Positions 1 through 12,200 of a stretch of 64,000 nucleotides of DNA are shown one piece after another. Numbering within the stretch: position 1 is the stretch's first letter; every line of letters starts with the position of its first letter. The position numbers and the translations under genes were made by a program. The stretch comes from Antedon mediterranea (Eukaryota > Animalia > Echinodermata), in contig NC_092670.1 of the NCBI RefSeq assembly GCF_964355755.1, positions 33,034,388 to 33,098,387 on the forward strand, written 5' to 3'. The notes beneath the pieces are model-generated. The model made no database searches and had not been told where the DNA came from. It saw only the letters and a list, made by a program, of their open reading frames with translations.

Positions 1-2
1 AT

Positions 3-770
3 GCGATTGGTGCAGTAGACGGTAAGCACATTGCTATCGAGTGTCCCAAATTTGGCGGCTCGATGTACTATAACTATAAAGGCTTTCATAGTACAGTATT
101 AATGGCAATTTGTGATGCCAGTTACTCATTTGTATGGACAAGCATTGGCTCATATGGGCGGGATAATGATGCCGCTATTTTTGGTGCGTCATCATTTTTC
201 AAAAGAGCTGATTTTGGAACGCTAAAGCTGCCACCACCATCGGTTGTGGGTGGTCAACAATTGCCTTATGTTTTATTAGGGGATGATATATTTCCTCTTA
301 AAACTTGGTTAATAAAACCATATGGTGGCAACAATTTGACTGATGAAGAGGAAGTGGCAAATTATAGGACATCGAGAGGACGCCGAACCATCGAAAACAC
401 CTTTGGTGTAATGGCTGCAAGGTGGCGCATATTTAGGCGTCCTATAAGAGCAAATATTGAAACTGTTGACCAGATTACAAAAGCTGTAATCTGCCTACAC
501 AATTACCTAATGCAAACTGATAACGCACACTACATACCCAGCGGGTTTGTTGACAGCTGGAGCAATGGAGAATTTAAAGAAGGGGAATGGCGCAGTGTTG
601 TGCAAGATGATGAAACTGGCCTTCAAAATATAAGAAGGGTGGGGTCAAACAATTATACGGCTACTGCCAAAGAAACAAGAGATAGGTTTCGAGACTACTT
701 TAACAGCCAGGAAGGTGCTGTTCCTTGGCAGTATGATGTGGTACACAATTGCGGTCCTTTGGCATCTTAA
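3..770 (+). CDS. PIF/Harbinger DDE transposase (HARBI1-like), 5'-partial
   Basis: The frame is open from base 3: AIGAVDGKHIAIECP...YYNYKGFHS...GDDIFPL...R.TIENTFG...RWRIF...LHN, giving the D, D and E motifs of Harbinger transposases. Confidence 0.93.
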   Translation, partial: AIGAVDGKHIAIECPKFGGSMYYNYKGFHSTVLMAICDASYSFVWTSIGSYGRDNDAAIFGASSFFKRADFGTLKLPPPSVVGGQQLPYVLLGDDIFPLKTWLIKPYGGNNLTDEEEVANYRTSRGRRTIENTFGVMAARWRIFRRPIRANIETVDQITKAVICLHNYLMQTDNAHYIPSGFVDSWSNGEFKEGEWRSVVQDDETGLQNIRRVGSNNYTATAKETRDRFRDYFNSQEGAVPWQYDVVHNCGPLAS

Positions 771-1264
771 AAGTGTTGTTAGTAAATTGTTTAAAATAAG
801 TATTTGTTAAAAATAATCTTCCTGTTTTGTAAATAATCTATATGACCTTTTTTTTAATCTATATTCAAATATGGTCGTCTGTGTAATTTTGAATATTGAC
901 GAATCTTGTTTATTGAAGAAAAAAATAACAATGTTGTAGTTTATGCTTGCTATAACTTGCATTCATAATTATTTTTTGTTTTTTTGTCCTAGTACTATGG
1001 TTTACATTTCCAAACATTCCAAATAAAATAGTTATTTCTTTCCTATCTTTGCTAAATAGATTTTACATGAGCAAAAATTATTTAAATATATTGCTGATGT
1101 TGCAGAACGTTAATAAATATTTATATTTGATTGCTACTTGAAGATGTTATTAAATGTTGTTAATGAGATATTGAGATGTAAAATTACTTTTATTAGTTTA
1201 TCCTCCTTTCAAATAGTGTGATAAAAAATTTAGTGTGTGCTGGTTGATAAATACAATTATTTAC

Positions 1265-1864
1265 CTGAGTCGTCAAAGTCCAGCTCCAACACTTGTTGAG
1301 TTTCGGAAAGAAGCCGTATGCATTCAGATGAAGCTTCTGACTCGGTTAATGAAATTGACATTTCTTCAGACTCTAGTGTCTTCCTATGATTTATATGTTT
1401 AATCAACCATCTCATGTGTTCCCACTCATGGCCAATTGGGAGGATGTCATCCCTGCCTGCACCACTACGGATACTAGCCCTAACCTTCTTTAGATGTCTA
1501 CAAAAGTAATAATAATTATAATTATTATTACAATAATAATAATAACGATTATTATTATAATAACTATAATTATGATTATAATAATAATAATAATAATAAG
1601 GGCCTAGCTTAGTACTAGTAGTAGGCCTACTAGGCTAGGTAGGCCTAGCTAGCTAGGCCTTACACTCTACCTGGAAAATGCTGTTCTTCGAGTGTTATAA
1701 ATTCGTTGGCACTCTTCTACTGCGACGTTAACCTCTTTAGAAACAGCTTCCCAGGCATTTTTTTTTTCCCGTTTTCCACTTTTGTATTCTTTGGTATTTT
1801 TGTCATATAGACAAAGATAAGCTTGAATAGCGTCAAACACACGGACTTCTGTAGATGAAGGCAT
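1265..1864 (-). CDS. MADF/Myb-SANT-like DNA-binding protein of the Harbinger element (two exons, about 1671-1864 and 1265-1497)
   Basis: Exon 1 reads CLYDKNTKEYK...KKNAWEAVSKEV...YNTRRTAFS. A GT-AG splice joins it in frame to RHLKKVRASIRSGAGRDD...WEHMRWLIKHI. It is convergent with the transposase, matching the two-gene Harbinger layout. Confidence 0.82.
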
Positions 1865-3204
1865 CTTGTGAAATGAAGTCCTCAAAAAAGGACGCAGAAA
1901 CGCGCGCGTACGCGTACCACCCTGCTTTTTGCCTGCTTTTTTGGTTTTTTTTTTTTTATTCCTGATGTGATGATGATGATCTTTTTTTGAACGTTGAATT
2001 ATGATTTGCCCACGATGTTATTTACATATAAAGTTCATCTAAAGGACTTTTTTACCCGGCGATGTTATTTACATATACAGTTCATCTATTGGATTTTTTT
2101 ACCCGGTTTTTATTTCCTTTTTTATAAATAGATAGGCCTAATTCAAATGATGTAGGCTAATAATTATTTATTTTCATTATCAAATGAATTATCATATGCC
2201 TATAAATTGTGTTTAGATTCAAGCAAACACTACGGTGAATTTAATAAATATATATTATTAATTTATTACCCAACCTACCTTCATCATGCAATTAAAACAA
2301 AATCATTACGAAACTTTTCCCCACCTGCTTTTGAACGCCAACTATGCCAGGTGAACGTATTGTTATCCTGATGATCCTGATGATGACACTGTTCTCTAAC
2401 ATTTTATGAAATGTTATTGCCATTTAAACGTTTTTAATTTAGTCCGTCTGTGTGTATTATTTTTACCCATTATATCGTATTTTTACTATGTTTATATAAT
2501 TATAATAAGTAACAAGCAAGACAATTTTGTATAGTTCTTACATCTATTTCGTATTTCATCCACCTAAATTATTACATTCTATCACGAATTGAAAACAAAT
2601 TTATTGTCAACAATTCTTAATATATACGGTATTTTCTACTTTCTATCACCTTTCCAAGCTTTGACCTTCTTGCCAACGTCACATAATCCTCGTCACTGAT
2701 TGGCTGGTAAGCGTAAGCGGAAGGGTATAAAATCGAATCGTAAGGCATGTTCATCCAGAAATTCACCGGTTTCCTGTCGAACCGTCGAATATCGACGTAA
2801 CAGACGGAAGCTTCAGTCACCGGTTTCCTGTCAAACACTTGTACTACGACGATTTCTACTTGCGTTACGTCGTTTTGACATATAGCTTTTTTCAACCGGT
2901 TTCCTGTCGATTTTCAATTTCCAATGTAAAAACGACGCAATCGTAAGAAATTCTAATTTCTTACGTCGACTGGAAACCAGGCTTTATGTGCATAGACCAT
3001 TCACTGGCGCTGAAGTACAGTCCAGATATGCTTTTATGTGTGCGCATGCCCAGTCCGAAATGTTTCCATAAACTATCTTCTTCCAGACGTGCATTATGGT
3101 GTGCGCACCCAGTCCGGTTTTACAAATTCCCATTGTTTTGCCTTCGTAAGTAATAAGTTTGTATAATTTAAACGAAATGCCACCAAAAGAAAAAAAAAAC
3201 TTAC

Positions 3205-6200
3205 CTCATTTTCTGTTTTGTCGATTCCAAATAAGAACAGAGATTGCATTATAATCATATTAATCACCAAGTTCTTATGAATTGAATTGCGCACAGATTT
3301 CCACAACTCTCTAAGAATTAAATTTCAAATTATTATGTTCGTTTACGAATATACTACGTTGTTAAAATAGGCCTTACGCATTAAAAATATAATATAATTG
3401 AAACTTACGAAAAGGAGAAGTAAATGATGAGTGTTATAACCAAAGCGATAACTGATAGTGATACACACACTGTTGACATTAAACTTAGAGTTTCACTGTT
3501 TTCAACAGAAACCTTTATGGATAAATATTTTATTATTAAGCTATTAAATTAAATTATGAAATTGGGATATACTACAACATTATAAGATTATTTTACAGTA
3601 AACTTGGCGTGTATTATTTTACTTTCTGCAAATATCTAATCGATGTAATCGTATGGTGGTTAAAAATGTGTGATACACACTGATTGGTTTAAATATGATT
3701 TGGACGGAAGCACTCGAAAAATAAAAAATCGCAAAGAAGATTTTCCCGGTGTTTTGCTAACTTACATTATCTGTTGTAACTTTCATTAACACGCTAAAAC
3801 TCGTTAGATGTTCAGAATAACACGATACTTTGTCCTGAGAATACGACGTGGTTACCATTCCGGCATCACTCCAAGTACTGTACAAGAACAATAGCAGAAG
3901 GTAGCATTGGTGAGTCACGATAAAGAAATGTGTACGGAATTACACGAGGATATCGTGAAAATATACTATAACAGTACTGCATAGATACTGCATATAAAAC
4001 TTACCTTCGTGTTTCATCGTAGAACACGCAAAACATCTCCCATTCATCCTTGTTAGTCACTGAGGAACTCTAAAAGAAGATTAATTAAACTACTCAGTAA
4101 AGAACCTTGAGAACAGTAGGGGGTTACGCCGATGTACTTGTACACATACAGCCACTGTTCATAACTGGGCTTCTCTGAGAGACCAGTCTTTGACTGAAGA
4201 GGTTACCCAGTATAAATATATAAGAAATTCAAAGTTGTTGTACTTACAATTCGCTTGGTCATGGTGAAATCTATTTTCGCTTCCAAAGGCATTTGGTCAT
4301 TGAAATCGTAAACGCTACAGGAAAATACCATTCCGTTGAAATATCTAAATGCAATGTTTGCATTAGAACTGATGAAAAGAAATGCAGAAAAGTAAGATAC
4401 AGGATTTGTTTTAAAGAGTAAAGTAAACATTATTCTCATTTAAGAATCATTTTTTTTAATCCACATATTTAATAACACTTTATATATAAAGAAATAACTT
4501 ACAAATTAGAAAAATCAACACCTTCATTTACAGCTTCATTCTCGCCCATTGTGTTGTTACTGTAAGATACTATAATTAGCATATCACCTTGAAGAAAAAT
4601 AAATTAAAATTACAAATAATAATTACCAAATAAAATAGCGAATCTATATTTTTAGTCCTAAAAAGAACATAATACAAAATATAAAGAAAAGAAGAATAAA
4701 TATGTTTTATCTATTTCAGAAATTGAAGTGCTATAAGCCGTATGATTAATAATTATTACCAAAATACAAGAAGAATGAATGTATGAAGTGTCATTTGTAA
4801 AATAAAGTAATAACAAATAACATAATTATAGAAATAAATTCAATAGAAAAAAGAAAAATGAGTTTCGTCTGATTAGCACCATCAAAGCATTTGGCTTTTT
4901 TTCGTTTGTTGTTTTGTGTCGTTATGTTACTTTATATTCAATTCGAATTACTATTCTATTTTTAGTCTTATCATATTAAAATGTTGTAATTGTAAGAATG
5001 GCACGATCTCCATATTGGAAAACATCTGCAATAAACATAAATAAATAGCAATTGATAGGTCAAACCTGTATTTTGAGCTTCAATCTTCAGATCAAAATCC
5101 AGCTGATTATCGTCATGTTCAAGACTGCTATTAACGAATATCTCGCTCTCTATCACTAATAATCCAACTACAAAAAAACATAAATATATCATTATGTCTA
5201 TTTCTAACAACACTACAAGACACTTCCAACACCTGATTGAATATTTATTTAGTTTTGATTATTCACTGCTAAAGACTCCGGTGGTTTAATTTGACTATAC
5301 AGTATACTTTTTAGGAAGCTCAAATTGGAAGCTCAAATACATAAGAACTTGCCATATGTTTCTTCCTCATAAACTTTCCGCGGCTCCATTGAATATAAGT
5401 TCGATATTTCTGATAAAACTTTGTGTTCAAACTCGTGGAATTCAGTTACAAATGATTCCATTTTCTAAAAAATAATTAAGTATGCTGTAATTACAACTAT
5501 AATTGTAAGGATCTACTGACGTAATTTTATTCTCTCTCGATCACGCATAGATTGGAATTATTTGTTTTAATTGTTATTTAATGTACGTATTCTTATATAC
5601 AAAATAATTTCGAAAAATAAATTGTTAAAAGAGAAACGAATGATATAAATTAACATTAAGTAATGATTAATAGTATGTTGTAATAATAAATAATCTATAA
5701 TTAGCCTACCATTTCTGTTTGAAGAATCCACATTGAAGCAAACAAAACAATAGTGATAAACTTGTTAAAATGAAAATGTATGTACGTGTTTTAGTTATAC
5801 AGTTATATGAGTTTAGGCTAAATCGGTATCAATTTCGGTACGTTGAATGGCGAATAACAAAGAATATTTACACGTCTTGACTACCTAAATTGCATAAAAC
5901 AAAATAATTATTCATTGTATAGATAACAAATTATTATATAGTTATTTTCTAATGGCTAATCTATACATGACCTTAAACATTACTTAAATACATTTTTTCA
6001 CATAATTTACCCCATTTTCCGAATATCGCTGCCACGTTCAAATCTACCGTTCACACCTATGTGATTAATAAACTTGTTTTCACTACAAAATTTAAACCTT
6101 TTTCTTTCCCTACTTAGGATTACTAACCTCTAAAAGTGATTACGAATGTACAGTTCATAGTATTTCCGGACTGGTCTGTGACGTTAAATGTAAAAGTATT

Positions 6201-9200
6201 TTCGCCAACCCACAGCCTTGCTGGAAATATTACAGATGGGTCTGGTGAAATGTGAGTAACATCTTCAGAATTATCGTCAGCATCTATTGCACATGAATAG
6301 TAAAGACTTGTTGTTGAAGATTCAGACTCAATTATCCCATCTGATGGACATTTCAATGTTGGTTCTTCTGCGTCTAATCAAATAGTATAAACTAATCATT
6401 CATTTAGGTTCACTGTACACATATTGCTCATTGTGAACTTGGTACATCTTTCGAGACGAGTAGGGGTTAGCCCGGTGTACTGATACTGATACTGATATTA
6501 TTATATCACAGCCACTGATCATAACTGAGTCATCTGAGAGACTAGTATTTCACTGAAAAGGTCACTCAGTATAAATTAATATTAACAAACAATACATACA
6601 TATACACAACACACAAAAAATGATAAAACATGTCACCAGGAAATTAACAATATTATCTTCCACAAAAACAACCTAAATTAATAGACTAAAATATCAATTT
6701 GCACCAACGCTGATACTATATGGCTATTATTATCATGGTACATACTGTACATGGTTATGTTATTATGTATACAGACTGATGGTCTTTACGCCATTAAACA
6801 TTTAAAAACAAATCATCTTTCATAATACTTTTTAAATACGGTACAGCTTTTCTAAAGATCAGAATACTTGTAATGGTATTTAAAAAAAAATGTTTTCGGG
6901 TATTTTCTCTGAATGAACTTGTTCAACGCATAATTTAGTTGTTGGTGAGTAATATCAAAATAAATGATGATATTACAAATATTAAAAAAAAAAGAACAAA
7001 GCAATTAACTTCCAATTTATTTGAGTATGTTTTTATATTAAAAATAAATATAAGTAATTAATTGTGTAAAAAATATATTAAATAACTTGTATTAACTTTT
7101 GATATATCCACAAATATAAGAAATATACTATTAAAACAACAATTGCATTCACTAACACATTATTTTCAGTTCTATGTTCTATTTGTGTATGTATCCAATT
7201 TTCCATTTTTAATATAAATAAAGATGAATGTTTGATTGTATTTGTATTTCCATCACCCCATTATGATTTATGGTTCAATTTGACATTGTTATCGTTACTT
7301 ACTTTAAGAAATATTAATCAAAAATAAATATCCAATAAGTAATAATAATAATAAATGAAAACTTATATAGCGCCGGTATCCTCCACCCATGTGGCGCTCA
7401 TGGCGCTTTGTGCATTAACAACGTGCGAGAACATCAGCGAATAGCGACGTCTTTAGGTTGGTCTTGAAACTGTTTAGACTAGTTGAGCATTTAACTGTTG
7501 CTGGTAAGCTGTTCCATACACTTGCGGCCGCAACGTAAAAAGATCTCTGACCCCACTGATTTTTCGCTCTACGCTCTTGAAGAAGGTTTTGTGACAATGA
7601 TCGTAGGCCTCTGCGGGATGATTCGTAACGATCCACAAGGTCAGATAAATAAGCAGGAGCACTGTCATTTAGGATCTTGAATACAAACAACGCAAGTTTG
7701 TACTTAATACGTTGTTGAACAGGCAACCAATGCAAATCCATCAGGACAGGAGTTATGTGAGCGTTTGATTTTGTATAAGTTACAATTCTAGCTGCCATAT
7801 TTTGCAAGCGCTGCAAACGTTGTATTTGAGATTTTGGTATGCCAAACAACAAGGCATTACCAATGTCAATTTTAGAAGTGACAAATGAGTGTACAATCAA
7901 TTCAGCTGTTTTCTTGTTAAGATTACCGCGAATACGACCAAGGTTCCTAATCGATATGCATGCTGCTTTGGATACAGTTGTTATTTGTGCTTCCATAGTG
8001 AGATTACTATCCAGCATGATTCCCAGATTCCGGACCACCGATGAGGGAGCGATGTTAGAGTTTCCGATTCTGATATGTGTGATGTTGATTTTGGAGATGT
8101 TACATTTAGACCCGACGATAATAAACTCTGTCTTTCCATCATTCAACTTTAGGTAATTTGTTGTCATCCAATTGCGAACATCTTCTATACAGGCTTCCAT
8201 CTTACTGATTGCTGCAGCAACATCCCTTTGCACTGGATTTACTGACACATAAATCTGTGTATCATCTGCATAGAAATGGAAATGTAGACTGTGTTTGCGA
8301 ATAATGTCACCAAGGGGAAGCGTATAAATGGAAAACTGGCCAGGCCCAATTACTGACCCCTGTGGTACACCATATTCCAGGCAAGCTTCATCTGAGAATG
8401 CATCATTGATACAGACTAGCTGACGTCTTCCTGTAAGATATGACTGGAACCAGTTAAGAGCAACACCATTTATGCCAATGCGATTTCTCAGACGGGTTAT
8501 CAGTCTTTGGTGATCAACTGTATCAAACGCTGCTGACAAATCCAACAACACCAATAGCGTTATTTTCTCATCATTCATTCCTTGTAACAAATCATTCTGT
8601 ACCTTTAAAAGGGAACTCTCCGTGCTATGACATGCACGATATGCCGACTGGTAATTCTCATTTAAATTATGCTTTTGAAGATATGGAGTAATGCGTGATG
8701 TCACTACACGCTCCAGAGTCTTTCCAAGAAAAGAAAGATTCGACACCGGGCGGTAATTTTTCAGCGTGTTATGATCCAAGTTTTGCTTTTTTATTAAAGG
8801 ACGAACGTGAGCAATTTTCAGTTCATCTGGCACTATGCCGGTATTAAGAGAATGGTTAATGATTTCCGTTATTATTGGAACGACTGCGTCTATACACTTC
8901 TTCAGTATAGAAGTAGGAACTGGATCTAACCTGCATGATTTTGTTGGTGATTTCATCAGAATGTTGCGGATCTCATCTTGAGATGCTGGTGTAAATGTTG
9001 TGAGATGCTGATGAACAGCTGTCAAAGGCTCATTAAATGACATGTCATCAATCTTGAAGTCGTCTCTGATGATCTTGATCTTGTCTGTGAAAAACTGACA
9101 GAACCTGTTCGCAAGATCAAAGTCAAAAAGACTATCTGGGAGAGGTGATACCTGGCGATGATGAAGGAGTTGGTTAACAATTTTAAAAAGTCCTTTCTGA

Positions 9201-12200
9201 TCTGCTGCATATTCTTCACACAAGCCAATGTAGTAGTTGGCCTTTGCCTTTCTTACCATGGAATTTACATTCCTCTTCTGTGCAATGTAAGCTTGACGAT
9301 CTATTTCCAGATGAGAGATTCTCCATTTCTTTTCAAGCTTACGCTTTGTTCTTTTCTCAGCATAGATGTCACTGTTATACCAACTAGTGTTTGGTCGGAC
9401 CTTTACTGTTCTTTTTTTCGGTGGTGCGTGTTTGTCAAGAAGTTCACTCAAAGTGGTGACATATAGTCGTACTTTACTTGATAAATCAAGATTTGATAGT
9501 GAAGTTCCGAGATCAGACTGTGTGATATCTTTACATAATGTCTCAAAATGTATAGCATTCCAATGACGAGTTTCGATGGATTTAGTGATTACGGGTGGCT
9601 TCTTGATAAGGAGATTACATGTGATTGCATAGTGATCTGATATACCATCAATGACATTAAGGTTTGAGAAAACAGGAGGATCAGATGAACGAGTGATCAG
9701 CAAGTCTAATGTATGACCATGTCGGTGTGTAGGTGTAGACACATGCTGTTGAAGACTGCTTGCTACAAGTAGATTCCGAAAATGAATTGCATCTGCATCA
9801 TTTGGCATATCCACATGGATGTTAAAGTCTCCAACGAATAGTATGGGAGCCGGCTTCAATACATAGTGATCAACCAAAGTTGAGAATTCTTCAGTGAAAA
9901 CATTTAGACTGCAACCCGTTGATTTGCTTTGAGGACGATATACTGCTACGAGGAAAAGTGAGGATGCATTGCTGACTATTTCCACATTTAGCAGTTCAAA
10001 TGATTTTGGTAATAATCCCGTGTCATAACATTTAACCGCTATGCTTTCCTTGTAAAGAAGTGCAACTCCACCACCTCTTTTAGTACCAGCACGGGGAGCA
10101 TGTTTGAGAGAGTATCCGTTGGGTGTAATATTTCCTATAACTGATGTGTCTTCTGGTTTAAGCCACGTTTCCGAAAGGGCAACAACATCCAGATTATGTT
10201 CGATAACGAAATCCACAAATTCTGTTGTTTTGTTCCGAACGGATCTTGTATTAATACTGCAAAATTTAATATTGTTTTTAGATAAGAGAGAGTTTGATGA
10301 TAAGTCCGGAAATGATAGATTGTTTTTAGTGTGTTTGTCACGCCCAGCTCTTGTACCACGCCTGGTTTTTCTTTTTGGCCTCCTTGGTAATAGGTGGCTA
10401 CTACAGCTACTGGAGTTCAACTTAAAAGATTGTATAATTAAGCAAGATTCTTCAGGAAGTTCACAACTGTTATTGTTGTTGGTTACACAGCCCTGTAGAC
10501 CATGAAGAAACTCAGAGCTATAGCTAATTAGCATGACAACAGCAGATCTTCAAGCATGAGGTGTACAAGGTCATTTACATAACAATATGCACAGTCAGAT
10601 TGAAAGTACAGGGCTAGCTTCCCACTGATGCTAGCAGACCATTGTTCTTGGGCAGTGATGAGTTTGAATTAAAACAATAAAGGCACAAGCAGGGCCTAGC
10701 TGAACTTCAGGAAACAACAAGAAAACAACTGCGATTTACTCCAAGATACGATTATTTCCACATAAGAAATTTGTGAATATATGGTGCTCAATTTGCTATT
10801 CCAGCATCCAGTAAAACTTATTTGATGAAAAAAACCATCTGCAAACAGATACGAAGTTGTTATGCACAGAGCAATATAGAGCCGCCACATGGGCGCTGCA
10901 ACACTCCTCTAAAAAAAAAAAAGTCATTCAATTTGACACGTGAAAAATGTACAATAAATATTAAAGAAAACACGAGTTCTTGTTTAAGACTTATATAGCC
11001 TATTATGACCATACGTGTTAGCAATATTCGTATTACAAAGTACATTAATTTCAGAGCGTATTTGCAATTTTAGAGACATAATTTTCAACCAAAATAATTT
11101 GAAAATTGACTTTAATAATGTTACGATAAATAAATTCACACAATTTTACATGTACACGGAAACACGTCTACCCTCAAATATTTTCTGTTACCGTAATTAT
11201 AGTTTATAATTTAAAGAATTAAATGAATAATAAGGAAATAAACAATGCATAATTAAAAGTGACCATTCTGACCTTCGACATTGATTTCAAAAGAACAATT
11301 TCCAGTTTTTTCAAACTCATCAGTATAGTTGAACTTGAATTCATGTTTTCCAATGCCGAGCTTCACAGGAAATGCTTCAGAAGGAAGCGGTAAGATGTCC
11401 ATTCCGTCTATTGTCAGTACGCTTCCATTTACAAATACTGAGTCGGAGTAGTCAACAGAGGCAATTGGGTATCCGACGTCAGTATGTACGGTATTGTCAG
11501 ATGGACACATCAATACCGGCGTGTGAAGATGACTTGCTGTAGTTAGATAACAGTGTGTTTGTATTATACCATGGAGGTAATAAATAAATCTTATTAATGT
11601 TTGTTCATGACATAAACAATAGAATAATAATTAATTGATTTACAAACTGGCTTCTGATATCTAAGAAATGTTCATATGTGAAATAGGATCAGTCGTTAAT
11701 AGTAACGTTGTCTACACACGTGATGTAAAAAAAATGTTTTGCACCAAACCCTGAATGAACAATATTGCCATACTATTTGAAATCGCAGCTACAGTAGATT
11801 TATATTAAACAAATTTACCAAAAGAGTTGAAGTTTTCAATTCAATGAGATAATATACAATTAATAAATCATTTCTGGCCTCTTTATCAGGCTTCCTGTAT
11901 TTAAGATAGTAACCACAAAGTACCACTTGTTACGTAAGTAGTATGTGTTTTCAATTGTTTTGCAGATATCTAAGAATAGAAATCAACTTACGTTCAACGT
12001 TTATTGTAAACGTACAACTGTTTGCATTGTTGGATGAGTCTGTAACTGTAAATGTGTACACATATACTCCTACTCCAATATTAGATGGGAATATTGAATT
12101 AGGAACTGGTGATATAACAAAGTCGTTTGAGTTGTCATTTGCAGTTATATCGGTGGAGTAGTCAACTGATATGGCGACTGTTGTCGTTTCTATAGTAACA

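Larger units (their letters stand above)
1..2983 (+). mobile_element. Harbinger DNA transposon, right part (left end outside the window)
   Basis: Transposase plus MADF gene. Putative right TIR ...GACTGGAAACCAGGCT ends at 2983 and is followed by TTA, the typical TWA target site. Confidence 0.8.
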
